From assembly GCA_002269645.1 (NCBI GenBank), contig NIVC01000497.1, positions 62,001-126,000 on the forward strand: DNA of 64,000 bases. Direction: 5' to 3'. The translations under genes and the position numbers were made by a program. The notes below the pieces were generated by a model, which was not told where the DNA came from, searched no databases, and worked only from the letters and a program-made list of their open reading frames with translations. Shown piece after piece: positions 37,446 through 51,359 of the stretch. Source of the DNA: Macrostomum lignano (taxonomy: Eukaryota). Numbering within the stretch: position 1 is the stretch's first letter; every line of letters starts with the position of its first letter.

Positions 37446-38046
37446 AGAGATGGAGAAGACACTGTTTTTTTAGCTGGCTAGTGATTGGGCCTATGTTTCT
37501 AAATAGGAGGAATCACAGATACTATAAACACTAGATAGGCCACTCAGGCTAATTTTCTGGGCAAGTTTTTTATTCTACTTTCTGCTTAGTAGCAATGAAA
37601 GGAAGCAACAGTATTATTTGCTAAATTAGACAAATCGAGTGACTGTTTTTAAGACATCGTTTTGCTAACGCCATAAACAACTAACTTGTTTTGTGCAGTA
37701 ATGGTGTACATTAAGACGCGACAGACAGTGTGCAATGCCGCTATCTTTCAAAGTGGAGGAAGGGGGGTAGTCTGGAATAGGGTTAATATCAGTTTCGTAT
37801 AAGGCAGGGTGAGTGGATCGATAATTTAGGCCCACTGGTGGTGGGATAGAAAATAAAGGACTGCACATAGCTAGCCTGGGTTAGGGGTGGGGGTTGAGAG
37901 GTTGTGGGTTAGAAAATTTGGGGGTGGCGAATCGTGCTTAAATACAAGCTTATATAGATGAACAGGACAAGAGTCAGAGTTAAAGAAAGTTCGAGTGCAT
38001 ACTAGCTTTTCTATCTAATCTTGTACTCGAGAAATGTTTTGATTCG

Positions 38047-38250
38047 AACCACTGCTGTGCTCCCACTTGCACGAGCTTTGTACTAGTGCTATTAACATCC
38101 GAGAAAGAAAAATCCGTTGCGAATGCATAAATTACCAAAAGATGACACTGGCGAAGCGCTGGCAGCAGCTACTGCAGGAGCGTGGATATTGACCTTTATA
38201 AACAATTAAATCACGGGGCCTCCGTGTGTTCAGCTTGCACTTTATGGACG
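38047..38250 (+). pseudogene. Decayed THAP domain inside the P-like element
   Basis: NHCCAPTC, MHKLPKD, KRWQQLL and a frameshifted (V)CS/LHF motif. Confidence 0.6.
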
Positions 38251-38590
38251 AGGCCTACTGCTGCCTTACAAAGTGCCACGGATGTGCAAGACATCTGTTT
38301 TCGCTGGGACGCAATCCCACACCAAGAGTTGATGCTGCCTCGGCTCGTTCAAATAGACCAGCTACCCTCTGTGCAAAGGACTGATAAACGATGAAGAGGC
38401 AGACGACATGTACCCTCCAGTGCTGGGCCAATTAGCAATCTATCTGCAGCCGAGCCTGCGACTTGCCTGCTGCCAGTGCTGTGGCAGAGCAACCTTCGGC
38501 TACCAGATTCTGCGCCGAGAACAGCTGTTGCGGCTGAAAGCTCTCACCTCTGCAGCCGATTCGCGGGTTCCAAGCGCTAGAGGCAACGAT

Positions 38591-38975
38591 CAAGCGGCTG
38601 CAGCAACGATCCCGAGGCCGAAAGTGACAGGCGAATCAAGCGGCTGCAGCGGCAATCCCGAAAGCGACAGGCAAATCAAGCGGCTGCAGCGGCAATCCCG
38701 AAAGCGACAGGCAAATCAAGCGGCTGCAGCGGCAATCCCGAAAACGACAGGCAAATCAAGCGGCTGCAGCGGCAATCCCGAAAGCGACAGGCAAATCAAG
38801 CGGCTGCAGCGGCAATCCCGAAAACGACAGGCAAATCAAGCGGCTGCAGCGGCAATCCCGAAAGCGACAGGCAAATCAAGCGGCTGCAGCGGCAATCCCG
38901 AAAACGACAGGCAAATCAAGCGGCTGCAGCGGCAATCCCGAAAGCGACAGGCAAATCAAGCGGCTGCAGCGGCAA
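38591..38975. repeat. 40-bp minisatellite (CAAGCGGCTGCAGCGGCAATCCCGAAAGCGACAGGCAAAT)n
   Basis: About 9.5 units; the lines repeat with a 120-bp period. Confidence 0.96.
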
Positions 38976-40448
38976 CATTCGATGGTCAAGGCAAGTGCAG
39001 CGCAGTCGTGCATCCATGGACTGTGGAGGCGTGGCTAGCGCAGCTTCCAGCGGTCGACTGGGCGGCAGGGCGCTCGCAGTCAGGGGTGCTCTGGTCAAAG
39101 GATGTCATCTCATCAGCAGCTCATTGCAGCTGCACCACAAAAGTCCTGCTGCTTATCGGCTGCCTGTTACGAAACCACTGAGGATTGGCTCTCCATCGGA
39201 TACATCCCTGGACCTTGAAGTGGCGCATTCGCCAGTTTTTTTCATCTGTTGGGCCGTTCTGAATGCTGCCTCTGAACAAGGGCGACTGGCGACCCTGTTC
39301 TTCAACAGCACGCTGCGAGTTTCACAAACAGATGAGCTGATTAAGATGAGAAATCTTTCTATTTTGCTACACGAATATGGATTATGGAGTATATGATATA
39401 GCTCGTATTTGCTAAATATACAATAGTTGACTGCAATAATATAGCCTTCTATGCAATCTAAAGCATTCACAATGTTGCTTTGAATTGTGGAAAGTATAAT
39501 TATAAGTTTCTTTTTGCAAAAAAATCAATACAATTGCTGCATTGCATTCATCTGTTTTTTTATTTTTAAAAAATATAAATAACGCTAAAATGTTTTTACT
39601 ACTACTAAGCAGAAAGTAGAGTAAACTGTCGTGTTGTGAAAATTAGCTGGAGTGGCCTATCTAGTGTTTATAGTATCTGTGGGAGGAATAGCATAAAGGT
39701 GTATAATATAGTCTAGCAGAGTATTGCAAACATGCAAAAAATAGACCTAGTCATGTCCGAATATACAGAAGCTTAACTTTTGGGGGTCCCGTGCCATGCG
39801 GACCACTGCAGTGTTTACAGTGGGGAAATTTCGAGGAGTTTTAGTTTTTTTCCGTCAGCAGGTTTGTTGAATAATTACCGGCTAGGCTAGCCTATCCTTT
39901 AAACCTTATATATATCTTATTGATCTATCTATCATATTATCTTGATCTAGCTTTGAATTCAGTTAGGCCTCCGCAAGATATTCATTCAACTTGAGGTTGA
40001 GCTTTAATTCACACCAGGAAAATCAGCCGTTTTCGCAAGCATGCAAAGAGGGCAGCGATTTGGTCAATTACGAGTATATCCCGCTGAGATGGCACTGAGC
40101 CATTCGCCCATTCCAGCTTCTAGAAACTCAGCAGGGGTAGGGGCGGTAGAGCTATAGATTACGGTATGCAATTAAAGCAAGCTTCTCGATTGGGGACTGC
40201 GCATTGCAGAGTTTAGCATGCAGAATTAAAATTTTGTTTGTACGATTACATGTCCTGTCCAGTGGCGGATCCAGACATTTGCTTCGGGAAGAATGGGGCT
40301 AATAATTGGGGGGGGGGGCGCCACAAAGAGGCGCCATTTTGGGGGGACCCTTTTGGGGCCCACTTTGGGAGGCGCCTTGTACGCGAGCGCCATAGAAGGA
40401 ACTTCATAGGAGCGCCATAGAGGCGCCTGCCGCCCTATAGTACTCATT

Positions 40449-40640
40449 TTGACGCCCTGCGGCTTTTTTGGCGCCCTGTGGCTCTTTTTAGCGCCCTGCG
40501 GCTCTTTTTGGCGCCCGGTGGTTCTTTTTGGCACACTGCAGCTCTTTTTGGCGCCCTGTGGCTCTTTTTTGGCGCCCTGCGGCTCTTTTTGGCGCCCTGC
40601 GACTCTTTTTGGCGCACTGCGGCTTATTTTGGCGCTCTTA
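40449..40640. repeat. About 21-bp GGCGCCCTG(T/C)GGCTCTTTTT tandem repeat
   Basis: About 9 imperfect units, downstream of a CAGTGGCGGATCC sequence at 40260 that resembles a hAT end. Confidence 0.85.
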
Positions 40641-42055
40641 GATATCTTCATGTTTTTTGTTTCGTACGACCACTAAATTTTTTAATTAAATTTCATCCTT
40701 CAAAACTGTTCCCCCCTCTCCTGCCCCTTGTCTCCTCTCCTGACCCTTGTCTCCTCTCCTGCCTCTTGTCTCCTCTCTCCTGCCCCTTGTCTCCCCTCTC
40801 CTCCCCGCCTGATAAATGATAGTACTGATATATGGGCCCAACTTTCCTTTCTGTGCACTGAATTTAACTCGATATCTACGAAACAATCCCTTTTCAAAAG
40901 AGATTCTGCTCATAAACTTACTTAATTGGAACTGTTAATTTAAGGCTAGCAATAGCTGAATGAGACGAAATAAGCATTTCTTTACTTTTATTTGGTTCTA
41001 TCTTCACCAATTTATTACATTATAAAACACATTTGAGAGACCTTTGCAGATTCACTGGCTTTCATTCGCTCAGCTATTTTTTTCTGCTGGGTTGCCCATT
41101 TGGTATTTTTTTTCTGCGCGTTGAGCTGACGTTTTTCTACACGCATCTTCTTGGCATCAGCCAGTGCTCGCCGGTTGTTGGCCTTGTTTCGGAAATAGGA
41201 CAGCGTTGACAGGCTTGTGAGGTTTTAGTCCGGCAGGTCCTGGCAAGTCGATTTACCTCTTTTCGAACTTGAGGCCTCCTCTGCTGCCTTCCTCTTTCTG
41301 TTCACAGGTATAATGAAAGAAGAAATTGCAGCCGCCGCCGCAGCTGAGATAGACTCGACAGGACAGAACGAACCTGTTGAATTAGGTAGAGTAAACATCT
41401 AGCTCGTATTTAAGATTTGCTTACTCTTATACGAATATCATTGCCCGAAAAAGTGTACGGCAGTCTTTAAGGCTGTTTGAAGCTGTCTTTAGGCTCAATA
41501 TATACGTACGAGTGAGTCAATTACATAAATAAAGTAGGAGTGCACTCAATGACCCACGAGTCCCAGCGGCGGACAGCTCTCAGGGGAAATATCTTTGCTA
41601 AAATTCTAGTCTCGTAATAAAAGTAGGCAGAGTCTTTGGAATTTTTTGTTTTCTGGAAGGTTAGTGCCCAGTGGCCGATCAAAGGTTCTTGCTCTGGGTC
41701 TTCGAGGGGGGCCACCAGCAAAGAAACAAGTCATTTGGTTGGCGCCAGAAAAGTGCCATTTTAACTCTGGGGGACTTTTTGGGACGCCAGGTTATGCTTA
41801 AAGGGCGCTGTGGGTTCAAATATGGATTTCAGGAGGAAAGCTGCTCCCAGTTCCCTGCTCATGACAGAATGTTAAGTCGGATTATGAGCCTTTAAATACA
41901 CGTGATTAGACAAGCTAAGAAGCTCTACCAATAAAAAACCGTCTATGTCCGAAGCAAAGCCAGGCAGAAGAAATTTAATAAAAAGTCTTAACTGAAGGTG
42001 GCTCAGAATCCACATCTGAATCGCACATTGCGATTGTGGCCTCAGTGTAATAGCC

Positions 42056-42566
42056 TCAGTCAGCATCCATATTAGGGAATGCTCGGGAGGATAATTCTAT
42101 GAGGGCATCAGCAAAGCTATCAGTGGACTTGTTTTTACCTTGCATTTGGTTTCGGAATTCTTCTCGAAATTCAGCGGAACTTCCTGCTCTTCCAAAACTT
42201 TCTACTAGTCTTTCCTTAAACTCTTCGTAGGAGAGATCTTCTGGGAGATTGAGGCATCGAACTGCCGCAAACACAGTGGTTAGGTCTAGATTGGTGAGCA
42301 ATTCTTGCTTTCGGTGGTCTTCAGCAATGCCTTCATTCTTGAATCGCTGATCAATTGTGGTGAGCTAGACTCTAATATCTTGGCTGGGGACATCTGGATC
42401 TTCTGGATCTTCATATGTCTAAGGGGGACTAATTCTAAACGGTTACGGAGCTCTTTAATCATTAATTCCTGCTGCGGCCATTGTACTTTGGAGATAGGGA
42501 TGGGGATTTAAAGCCTGGGTTTGATTGCGCATTTCACCAGATTCTGACCCTTTACTGTTGCCACCA
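42056..42566 (-). mobile_element. Ty3/gypsy-like gag fragment with a possible primer-binding site
   Basis: LSYEEFKERLVESF..FREEFRNQMQGKNKSTDSFADALIELSSRAF resembles a retrotransposon gag capsid. The minus strand reads TGGTGGCAACAG at 42566-42555 upstream. Confidence 0.65.
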
Positions 42567-45500
42567 ATTTGTGTTAGGCATTCTGGGTCTGGGGATAACT
42601 TAATAATCAAATATTAGTTTTAATATTCCCTTCAATGCCTCATCAAATATCAGTTTTGGGTGAGCACTGCCTAATCCATGATGAGAGACTAGGTATCTGA
42701 AGCGATTCTCTTCTGCCACTGTTATTTGTCAGAATGATGGCAATTTGGCAATTTTGTGGCAAAATAGTCCCTCTCCTTTTACATCCCACTTATATAAATG
42801 AATTCTCTGAGTTGGAATTTTCATGATGAAACTATAGGTTTCTACCAGAACCCTCGTTTTTATAGGATGCCTCAACAGTCCAGAAATTACTATTACATTT
42901 TGTTGACAATGGTGACATTTTGTGATTTTAGCCCCTAATTCGTAGGTAGCAGGATGACAGCTTGTGCAAGGATAAATATAATGCCTCATTAAGAGCAGCC
43001 TTACTGAACAAGAACTGTGATCCATTTTTATGTTCTCTCAGTTGTACTTTCTCTATTTCCGACTGCTTCAAGGTGACCATTCCAGTGACGATATTATTAA
43101 ATGCATTCTCGGAGTCAAACAAGAGTCCATTCAGTGGAGACTGTGGATCACTACTTTTTTGTTGCGACTCCTCATACGCATCATCACTGATTGTCTCAAG
43201 TACTACCTTTGGTGCGCAAGTTAAAAATTCCATTCGATTGTTTAATGTATTTTAAAGCCTGAGTTCATCAGCAACAAATAAAAATGGGTTTCGGATAGCG
43301 ATAATCTGTGGGCAATAGGAATGAAAATAGAGCCTGTGAAACTGTGTTATCAATCTGCAAGATGTGATTCAGTGATAATTTAGTCAACACTTTCTGGGAT
43401 ACGTAAATGCAACTTTACATTCAATTCAGCTATATAGTCAGGTTGACATAGTTTACTTTTAAGTATCAGCCAAACTTTCAGTCACACGCTGACACATTGA
43501 CACATGCGTAAAAATTGTAACTGATATTTAGGACTCAAAGACAAAAATATGCAGCATCATATTGCAACAAAAAATCAAAGATTTATTTTGAGATCTTTAA
43601 AATTCTATTGCAGACAGACTTTTGTGTTTGAAATATTTTTCGAATTAAAGATTGATTAAGAGCGCTCGCAATGTCAATTAAAAGCAGAGGTATACGTAAG
43701 CTTTACATTGAAATTTAACTGACGACAAACAAATATTTTTAGCAGAGGCATGAGTCTATTCTTAACTTAAAGCTGAGCAAGAAGTATACAATCATGCTTT
43801 AAACGAAAAAAATCTCCTTAGAGGAAACACAATATTATGTGTGACACGTATTGTTGTCGCCGAGATGGCGTAAAGGTGTAGAAATTACTTTCTATTCAAA
43901 ACGATCATTATAAAATTTGGAAAATTCCCTTCAAACATAAAAAGCAGAGTAGTAACACTGCAAACTTCTTGTGTTGCTAAGCCGTAGTTTTTTACATTTT
44001 TTCTTTCATGCTTCTTTCAAAGTTTCAAAGTTTCTTTCAAAAACTTTTAAATCAAAAGAAAACTCACAAATGCGTAAAAAGATGGCTAAAATACAGTTTG
44101 CATTGAGCATCTTTGTTAAACAGAACACTTGTTTATTTGAATTGTCTGTCTGAATATCTGTCGGGAAATCAGTACATGTTCATGGAATGTTTGCTCTAGC
44201 AAACATCATCTCTAATGATGTAGACAGCATCTCTAAAATGACATCTAATTCATACAAAGTCCCTTTTACTCGTATTATCAACAACTGAAAGTGAAGGTCA
44301 ATTCTAACCTCAAGAAAATGCTCTTTGTGGTCAAAATTGTACCAAATTTGTACAGTTTTTATTTGAGCAGTGTACGATCAGAATCTCCTTTCTGTGCCAA
44401 AGCTACCTGTTGCAAGTTACCATACCAAAGCTTTGTGGTACTTTAACTGTAGACAAAAAGAAAAAAATAATTAACTAGAAACAGGAAATGTTCAGGTCTA
44501 ATTTTGAATTTCACACGTAAATCTAATTAGCAATTCTCTCAAATTCAAATTAACCATTGATGGGCTGAAAAGCCAAGCACTGTGGCAGATATCTGACGCA
44601 GTGACCAAACCACCAAGCAACCTTCTCTGCCGTGATTGAACCACAGTGGCGTCCACTTCTCACATCAGAATGTCCCGTCGGTAGGTAGTCATACGAGCGT
44701 ACTATGACCAGCGATCTGTTCCTGTATAGAGCAGAATTAAGATTTTTATTTCTATTTTGGCTTACAAGTACTTATGGGAATCAATGTTTGAATTTCGCAG
44801 TTCAAGCCACTCCTGCCTACTGCGCTCTTGCAGTTCGCTAGGGAGAGGTATACTTTCTGGGGAAATCTATACAACCAAAAAATCATACTTGAAAATGATG
44901 ACAAATTTCATTCTGAAAAGTGAACTATTTTGAATTTAAAAATGCAAAATTGCAGGTTAATGAAGGATGAACTTACCGGTTCCCAGCAACCATGCCAGCT
45001 ACCAAATTTCTACTATTGACTGTGCCACGTATACAACTTAACAATTGTGTCAAACCCAGTGGAGATTTTTAGTGCGCTGAAGTGTACGCAGACGGCGGCG
45101 CTCAATTTGGGACAACAGTGCGCCCGAAGTACTACATTTATCTCGCCAAGTCGGCGCCGCGCCCGGCGCTGAGTGTACAGTTAGCATTTTTAGGCTGCGC
45201 GAATTCACTGATTCTACTCTTAGCAGTATGATGAACACATTATGCTTAAGCAGACCCACCCTAAAGCACAGTTGCACAGCTCGTTTTTGTGAGCGTAGTT
45301 GCACCTACACAGTATAATGACCAATTATTGTGCACTTTTAACTGATAATCCCCTATCATCAACTCATTTTCAGGAAGAAAGGAAATAAGAACAATTATTA
45401 TCTTTTTTCCATTCGGTTTATTTATAATGAAAATTCTTATATGATACAAATAAATGACAATAATAAGCACTTTTACACTTACTAGGTACTAAAGCGATTA

Positions 45501-47899
45501 AAAGAAAGAATACAAATAACACGTAAAGAGTACCTTAAAATATAATATATGATTATTAACAGTACATAAAACATAATGTAGAACGAGTAATAGAATTGGA
45601 GAAAAGAGAGTCAAGAGGATAGTGAAGCTGCTGACTGGAGACAGGAAAAAAATTAAAAGTTTTCGGCAGCGCAACTTTCCTGATTCTACTCTTAGTAGTA
45701 TTATAAGTGCATTATGCTGGAATTTTTAGGATATCACTACCGATTTTAAAATCCCACTACTAATCGTAAGATCACACTACCAACTTTAAAATTCCATTAT
45801 CGATTCTGAGAGATCCCATCGTGCATTCTAAGATCAGTCTAAAAATTTGAAAAGGTATTTTAACACCCCCAAACCCGCTGGCTGCTCTGCAGCCATCTGC
45901 CATCCTCGGAATGCCCGCCGCCACAGCTGTCTGTGGCCAGGACCAGCGGCACCCTGCAACTCACTCTGAGAAAACTCACTGTGGCTGCAGAGCAGCCATC
46001 AAAGAAATAGCACTCATTTTTACACAGCTCACTAGTAAGTCTATGGCTACTCTGCAGCCAGCGGGTTTTCAAAGGGTGAATGCTGTGGCTGCTTGTGGGC
46101 AGATGCAGATGTCTATGACTGCTCTGCAGCCAACGGGTTTCCTCAGAGTGAATGCACATGCTTGAAGTGGTTTTAACCGCCATCCAGCACTTTCTTGCCT
46201 TAAATAATTTAACTATAATTCACTGTCAATGTCACTGTTTTCTAGAGACCCTTTCATGGCACCTGGTGCTTTAGTTAAAAGAACCCTGGGGCGGATGCCA
46301 GTCGGAGTCAGAGTTAGAAGTCGAATCTTACTCGGCAGACTCGCTGTCTGCCCACATCAAGACTGACTGCGCCTGCGGCGGCCGCCCACCTGGTATTTGT
46401 CGTCCAGCGCTGCGTGACGGCGCTGTCAGTTGAGTGGCTGTAGCAGGTCGTCCGCTACCCTAGGGCGTTGTAAGCTGCGCCGCAGCAGGTGCTGTACTGC
46501 CGGCGCACTGACGTCGCAGAAGCAGCTGTGGTTTTGTCGGTGCAGTGGCTGAGGGAGGTCTCGGGCTAGCCGTCAGTGCATTGTTACCTTCGGCGCCACT
46601 TTCTGTCCTTCGCCGATGGACCTGACGAACGAGTCTGTTGCCGCCACGCTTAAGTTGGTCGACAACCGTGTTCTTTACCTCATTTCGCGTAGGCCTTTAG
46701 TTGTCGCCATAAATCGTAGAAATCACGTCTGTCGGTTGGGAGAAAGAATAAAAATGATCATATTCTCGAGCCCTGATTAATTCTTCCCCCTCCTGACTCT
46801 TCAGTCGTACTAGTTACTTCCTATACTAGTGAAATTAATCTATGATGCATATGCTCCCACTATACCTTAGTATCTTTCCAAAACGCGTCCTAAATGCGAG
46901 CTGCGCATCGCCTAGCAGTGTTTCCACGCCTGCAGCTCGAGCTCTGTCCCGCATGCCAGTACCAGCTCACGGCGGCTTGAAGTTTGGGCATCAGTGTGAG
47001 GTCCAACATTGTACACGTAGTGATTTTTGCCACCGCAGCCGCCGACGAAGATGCAATTGACGCCTCTGAATGAGATGAGACGGTGAATGACTTTGATTTT
47101 TCTATTTAACTCCCTAAGTTTTTCTGAGCAGCGCGGGAAGGTCATAAAGGAAAATTAAAGGAGAGAGGGTAGGAGAAGGTGGAAAACAGAGAGACAGGAT
47201 AGAGAAAGCGGCTAAAGTCTAAATCTATGAGTATTTCTGAGCAGCGCAAAAAGTCGTATAGGTATATTGAATGAGAGGGCGGAAGAGAGGGCGGAGGAGA
47301 GGGCGAAAGGAGGAGAGAGTAAAGGAGCAAGCGGCGGAAGTCTAGATGCATGATTAGTTCTGACTAAATCACCCAGGCATTTTGGCTGTCTATATATATT
47401 TAACTATTCATCTATTTCTCATTAAAACTATTCAGCTTTATAAATTTGTAACACTAATAAACTAGAAAACTCACGAAAGATGCCACGTGCTTCGACGGCA
47501 AAGCGGTAGCAAAATCGACGTACTCATTCCAGGAGCTGATTGGCCAGAACGTGCAATTTAGTTCAGCCATTTCAGGACTGAGCAGTGCTGTTCAGCGCTC
47601 GATCTCTGCCCGGACACCATACAGTTCCTGCGACATCTGGGCTTGGTGCTGTTGCAATCGCGTTTTGCGCACGGAGAGCTCCCGAAACGTCGTCAGCATG
47701 ACGAAAAGGAGCCCTTGCGTGTTACAAACCGGGCCACCAGCGGCTTCTTACAGTTGGTGATCGAGGCTTTTAATACTGTCCGGCCATTGATTGCTTGCTC
47801 CTGCTGAAAGCACACGGCATGTCGCTTCCCGCTATTGTCGCATCTTGCGACTTCAAGACCGTACCCAGCGCCTCTAGTGCCGTATTGCTCTGACAATAC

Positions 47900-48300
47900 C
47901 TCACATGCCGCATCTGACGAATCCGACATCTGACATCTGATTAATCTGACATCTGATAGGCAGCTTTATCCTACGCAGCATTCTACGGGCGGCTTGGAGA
48001 TTGACGGGTTGGGTGAAGATCAGTTTCTCACAGTTGTCTGGGGATGTTCTCACACCTTTGATGAACTGTTCAACCAGTTTCTCTTCTCTCTGTTCAGCAT
48101 CCATATTCAGGAATGCACGGGAGGCCAATTCTATGAGGGCATCAGCAAAGCTGTCAGTGGACTCATTTCGACCTTGGCTTCGGTTTCGGAATTCCTCTCA
48201 AAATTCGGCGGAACTTCCTACCTCTACTAGTCTCGCTTTGAACTCTTCATAAGGGAGATTCGCAGGGAGATTCAGACGTTGAACTGCTGCAAACGCAGTG
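47900..48300 (-). mobile_element. Ty3/gypsy-like gag fragment, paralogous to 42056-42300
   Basis: Shares ATTCTATGAGGGCATCAGCAAAGCT...GGTTTCGGAATTC...GGAACTTCCT with 42098-42290 and continues EEKLVEQFIKGVR. Confidence 0.7.
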
Positions 48301-49699
48301 GTCAGAGAGAGAGAGAACGTTCCCGGCCGGTGGAGCCTAGTGTTACCCAGTTGAGGTTCGAGCGGGCTAAAAACACCGGTCTAAATAGCCGCCAACTGGA
48401 CCAACTGGATTTTGATTGGCTGAGCCGATTTGTTAAAATGAGCGTCGAATTTTCTGATTGGCTGAGCTTTTTGCTACCCAAAGTCACGTGACCAAGAGAT
48501 TCTATCAGTTCCCTCGGGGCCATAAAAATACGGCAGTTGCGGTCATAAATCACTCAAAATCGCTACATAATGATTTATGACCTTTCGCGTAGGACTGACA
48601 AAAATTAATGAAAAAGTATACATTAGAAAGCTCTTATTAAGTAGAAAGTGAAGATGATGAAGAGAAATCGTAAATCGCTAATCCGAACGTACTTTTAGGG
48701 GTAAAACGCATAGCTGTCAAAGCTGTCACACGCTTGAGTGAACCCGAACAACAGACCCTGACCTCATAAATCTTGATGGCCTGTCAAAATGATGAGGAAA
48801 AAAGCTACCGCCCGCATTCTCTCAGACCATCTGGCGCCAGTCTCAGCACTGAGTGAGGCGCAGGTGGCTGTCAGACCAGCTTCGAACGCGATGATTTATG
48901 ACCCAAAAGCCGCGCCTATGTTATTATAACTACTAGTATGGCAAAATCATATATCTAGTATAAATTCTATGATAATTCGCATGAAAAGTAGAAAAAACGC
49001 TCATAGCCTGCTGTTAGTAGGCTAGTAAGTTTAGAGCCCATGTGCTAGCGTGGAATTTGGAAAGAAAGTGCGTCCTCATCAAAATTTTTAAACGAGTTTA
49101 TTGAGTGCAAAAATTCATACCAATAAAAAACTAATATTGCAAAAGGTTAAACGCATTTAATTGTTCAGTTACACGCATTACAGTCACATGAAGCGGAAGT
49201 CTTCAGGCAGCCGGTCCGGGTACGGTCAGCGGCACTTGTAGCCGAGCCAACGAACCTCAGTGACGAGATTGTCCGTGTTGTACTGCCGCTGTCCTCTGTT
49301 CAAGTCGTTGAGGGCGTACACTGTGGCGCGTCGCCAGGCGGCGATGGCATGGTTCGGCTGCATCAGCCGCAGCCCTCTCAGGACGGGCCGCACGTCTTCT
49401 CCCGGCCGGGAACTCCCGGCCGTCTAGTTTAAAATGGGCCACACGGACCAAGTACAACTTGAGGGTTGTTACATAATGCCGATACTCTGACCGTCGATAT
49501 TCGGGCAGGCTAGCGGCGACGAAATTCGCTGTTCATCTCATAATTCAGGGCCAAGGTTCACTCATTAATCCATGAATCTTCAGTACATTAAATCTGGTTA
49601 ACTTTCGCAGGGGGATGGGGATTGGGAGATTGGGTTTGCCAATAGGTTAAGTTTTTGGCTCTCATGGGTTTGGCTAATCCTATTAAGGAAGTCTTAGTT

Positions 49700-50320
49700 A
49701 AATTCACATCTACTGGGTGGCGGTTAATAATTTTAACAATTCCCTTGCCTTATTTCATAGTTACTAGGCTCGGAACCATTTCTAAGGATAAGTTTCGGGT
49801 TCGGACAGTATCTCCGATGGCTGCAATGTTCATGGGGCTGCCGTAATTAGATTCACAGTTCTTAGCTAATTTCACGGGTATTCGGAGTGCACTATTGGCT
49901 GGAATGATGGCTCTTTCTTGGGTATAAACTCGGCAAACTTTCACTGGTAGGCGGGTACACTGCATGGGTATACAGGTACCTTCATTAAGCACTAGCATTC
50001 CTTTGGCTAGCTTAATGCTTTGGCATTGGGACAGGAAAAATTCTATACCCAGAATATTGTCACAATCAAGTCGGCATAGGAGGAATTCGACCTCTATTTG
50101 GATATCACCAAATTTAACTTGGTTGAACACCTCTCCTAATTGAACTGGGGTACCATCAAATGTACTGATGCTTTTATTGTTGTCTTGAATTTGATCGGTA
50201 TGGAATAGCTTAGACCAGGTTGAACGGCTGAGAAAATTGTTTCTAGCGCCTGTGTCTAGCAAGAAACCAATTGATTCTTTCTCGATAACACCGACAATTA
50301 CGGCTTCGTAGCCTTCTAGC
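49700..50320 (-). mobile_element. Ty3/gypsy retropepsin (aspartic protease) fragment
   Basis: IGFLLDTGARNNFLS carries the DTG catalytic motif, followed by DNILGIEF. Confidence 0.82.
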
Positions 50321-50409
50321 TTAGTCAGATCAATTCGGGATGGGGAATTGGGTTTCGGCTTTTTCGTTTCCTTTAACGGCTTTCAGCACTGGATCATTTC
50401 CAGTGCTGA

Positions 50410-51239
50410 TCAGATCAGTTGCGGGTGAAGATGGACTCCCAACTCCTTTAGGTTCCGCCACGGTTCCAGGCGTGTCCAATCGCATGGCCTGCGAACGTCA
50501 GGGAGCAGGTGTCTAAGAATGTTGTTGGCTTGTTCCTGTAGTCCGCGATTGGCCTTGAGTCTGATGTTGGTGTTTCTTTCGCAGACTTGACGCCAAGGGT
50601 CCTTGGGTGGTCTTCTCAGGGCTTTCTTAACTGAGAGGAGTACACGCCTTTTGGCTTCGATGCTGATTGGCTCGCATCCCGCTTCGAGGTAGATGACTTC
50701 GCAAGGGGTAGACTTGGGCAATCGGGTCAGCAGCCGTAAGGCCTCTCTTTGGGCTCGATTAAGGGCGTCGAGCGGGTCTTGGAGAGCCACGGCATCCAGG
50801 CAGCAGCGGCATGCCAGACAACTGCCTCAACAACGGCTTTGTAGACGCTCCTCAGAGCAGGGAGACTCCATCCCTATTCACGATTGGACAAAGCCCGAAT
50901 GACAGCTGTTCATCTTTTGATGTTAGCAATCACATAATCGCAGTGAGTTCGAAACAGCAATTCCTGATCGATCCAGACTCCCAGGTATTTGATGGTCTTG
51001 TTAGTAGGGATTCTTTGGTTGAGAATGCTGAGATCGAGTTGTCGGTTTTTGTTTCTGGGATCGCGCGAGAAGAGGCAGCTCTCGGTTTTACTAGGATTGA
51101 ACTCAATGCGAAGGTGGCTGGCCCATTCCTCTATTTTGTGGAGAGCTTCTTGGATGCGTTCCTTGACGACGCCGAGGTCGGCGTCTGAGGCCCAGATGCT
51201 GAGGTCATCCGCGAAGCATCCACAGTTGATGTAGGGCAT
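50410..51239 (-). mobile_element. Truncated non-LTR (LINE) reverse transcriptase, C-terminal part
   Basis: CFADDLSIW, FNPSKTE, IKYLGVWIDQELLF and LPKSTP..LEAG; interrupted by stops and a frameshift. Confidence 0.88.
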
Positions 51240-51359
51240 CTATCGACTGTGAAATCACGGATATTTTCCAGTGATTTATTCGCTTTAAAGCTGTATAAAA
51301 CAACAAACTGCAGTCATAACCTGCTAGGTTATGAAAAAGAATCGGCAAAAAGCGTCGCT

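Larger units (their letters stand above)
37514..39681 (+). mobile_element. Non-autonomous P-like DNA transposon (CACAG ends, 8-bp TSD GGAGGAAT) carrying a THAP relic and a minisatellite
   Basis: CACAGATACTATAAACACTAGATAGGCCACTC at 37514 is mirrored ending at 39681, with a second subterminal inverted block CTACTTTCTGCTTAGTAG. GGAGGAAT lies at 37506-37513 and 39682-39689. Confidence 0.9.

Noticed and set aside
36618-37534. Multiple Arg/Gly/Glu- or Ser/Pro-rich ORFs
   Set aside because: They arise from a purine-rich degenerate satellite.
38408-39181. 257-aa ORF inside the P-like element
   Set aside because: It consists mostly of the 40-bp array read through shifting frames, with no recognisable domain.
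40100-40240. Possible tRNA or tRNA-derived SINE
   Set aside because: No convincing cloverleaf or B-box could be built by eye.
42729-43255. Possible Helitron PIF1 helicase fragment on the minus strand (AVILLPTN...)
   Set aside because: Only one weak motif among many stops; it cannot be supported without a search.
46340-46720. GC/CpG-rich island with coding-like composition
   Set aside because: No open frame of useful length and no recognisable motif.
32350-50320. One full-length gypsy element spanning LTR, gag and protease fragments
   Set aside because: The fragment order is wrong (protease upstream of gag, gag duplicated) and no matching second LTR was seen.
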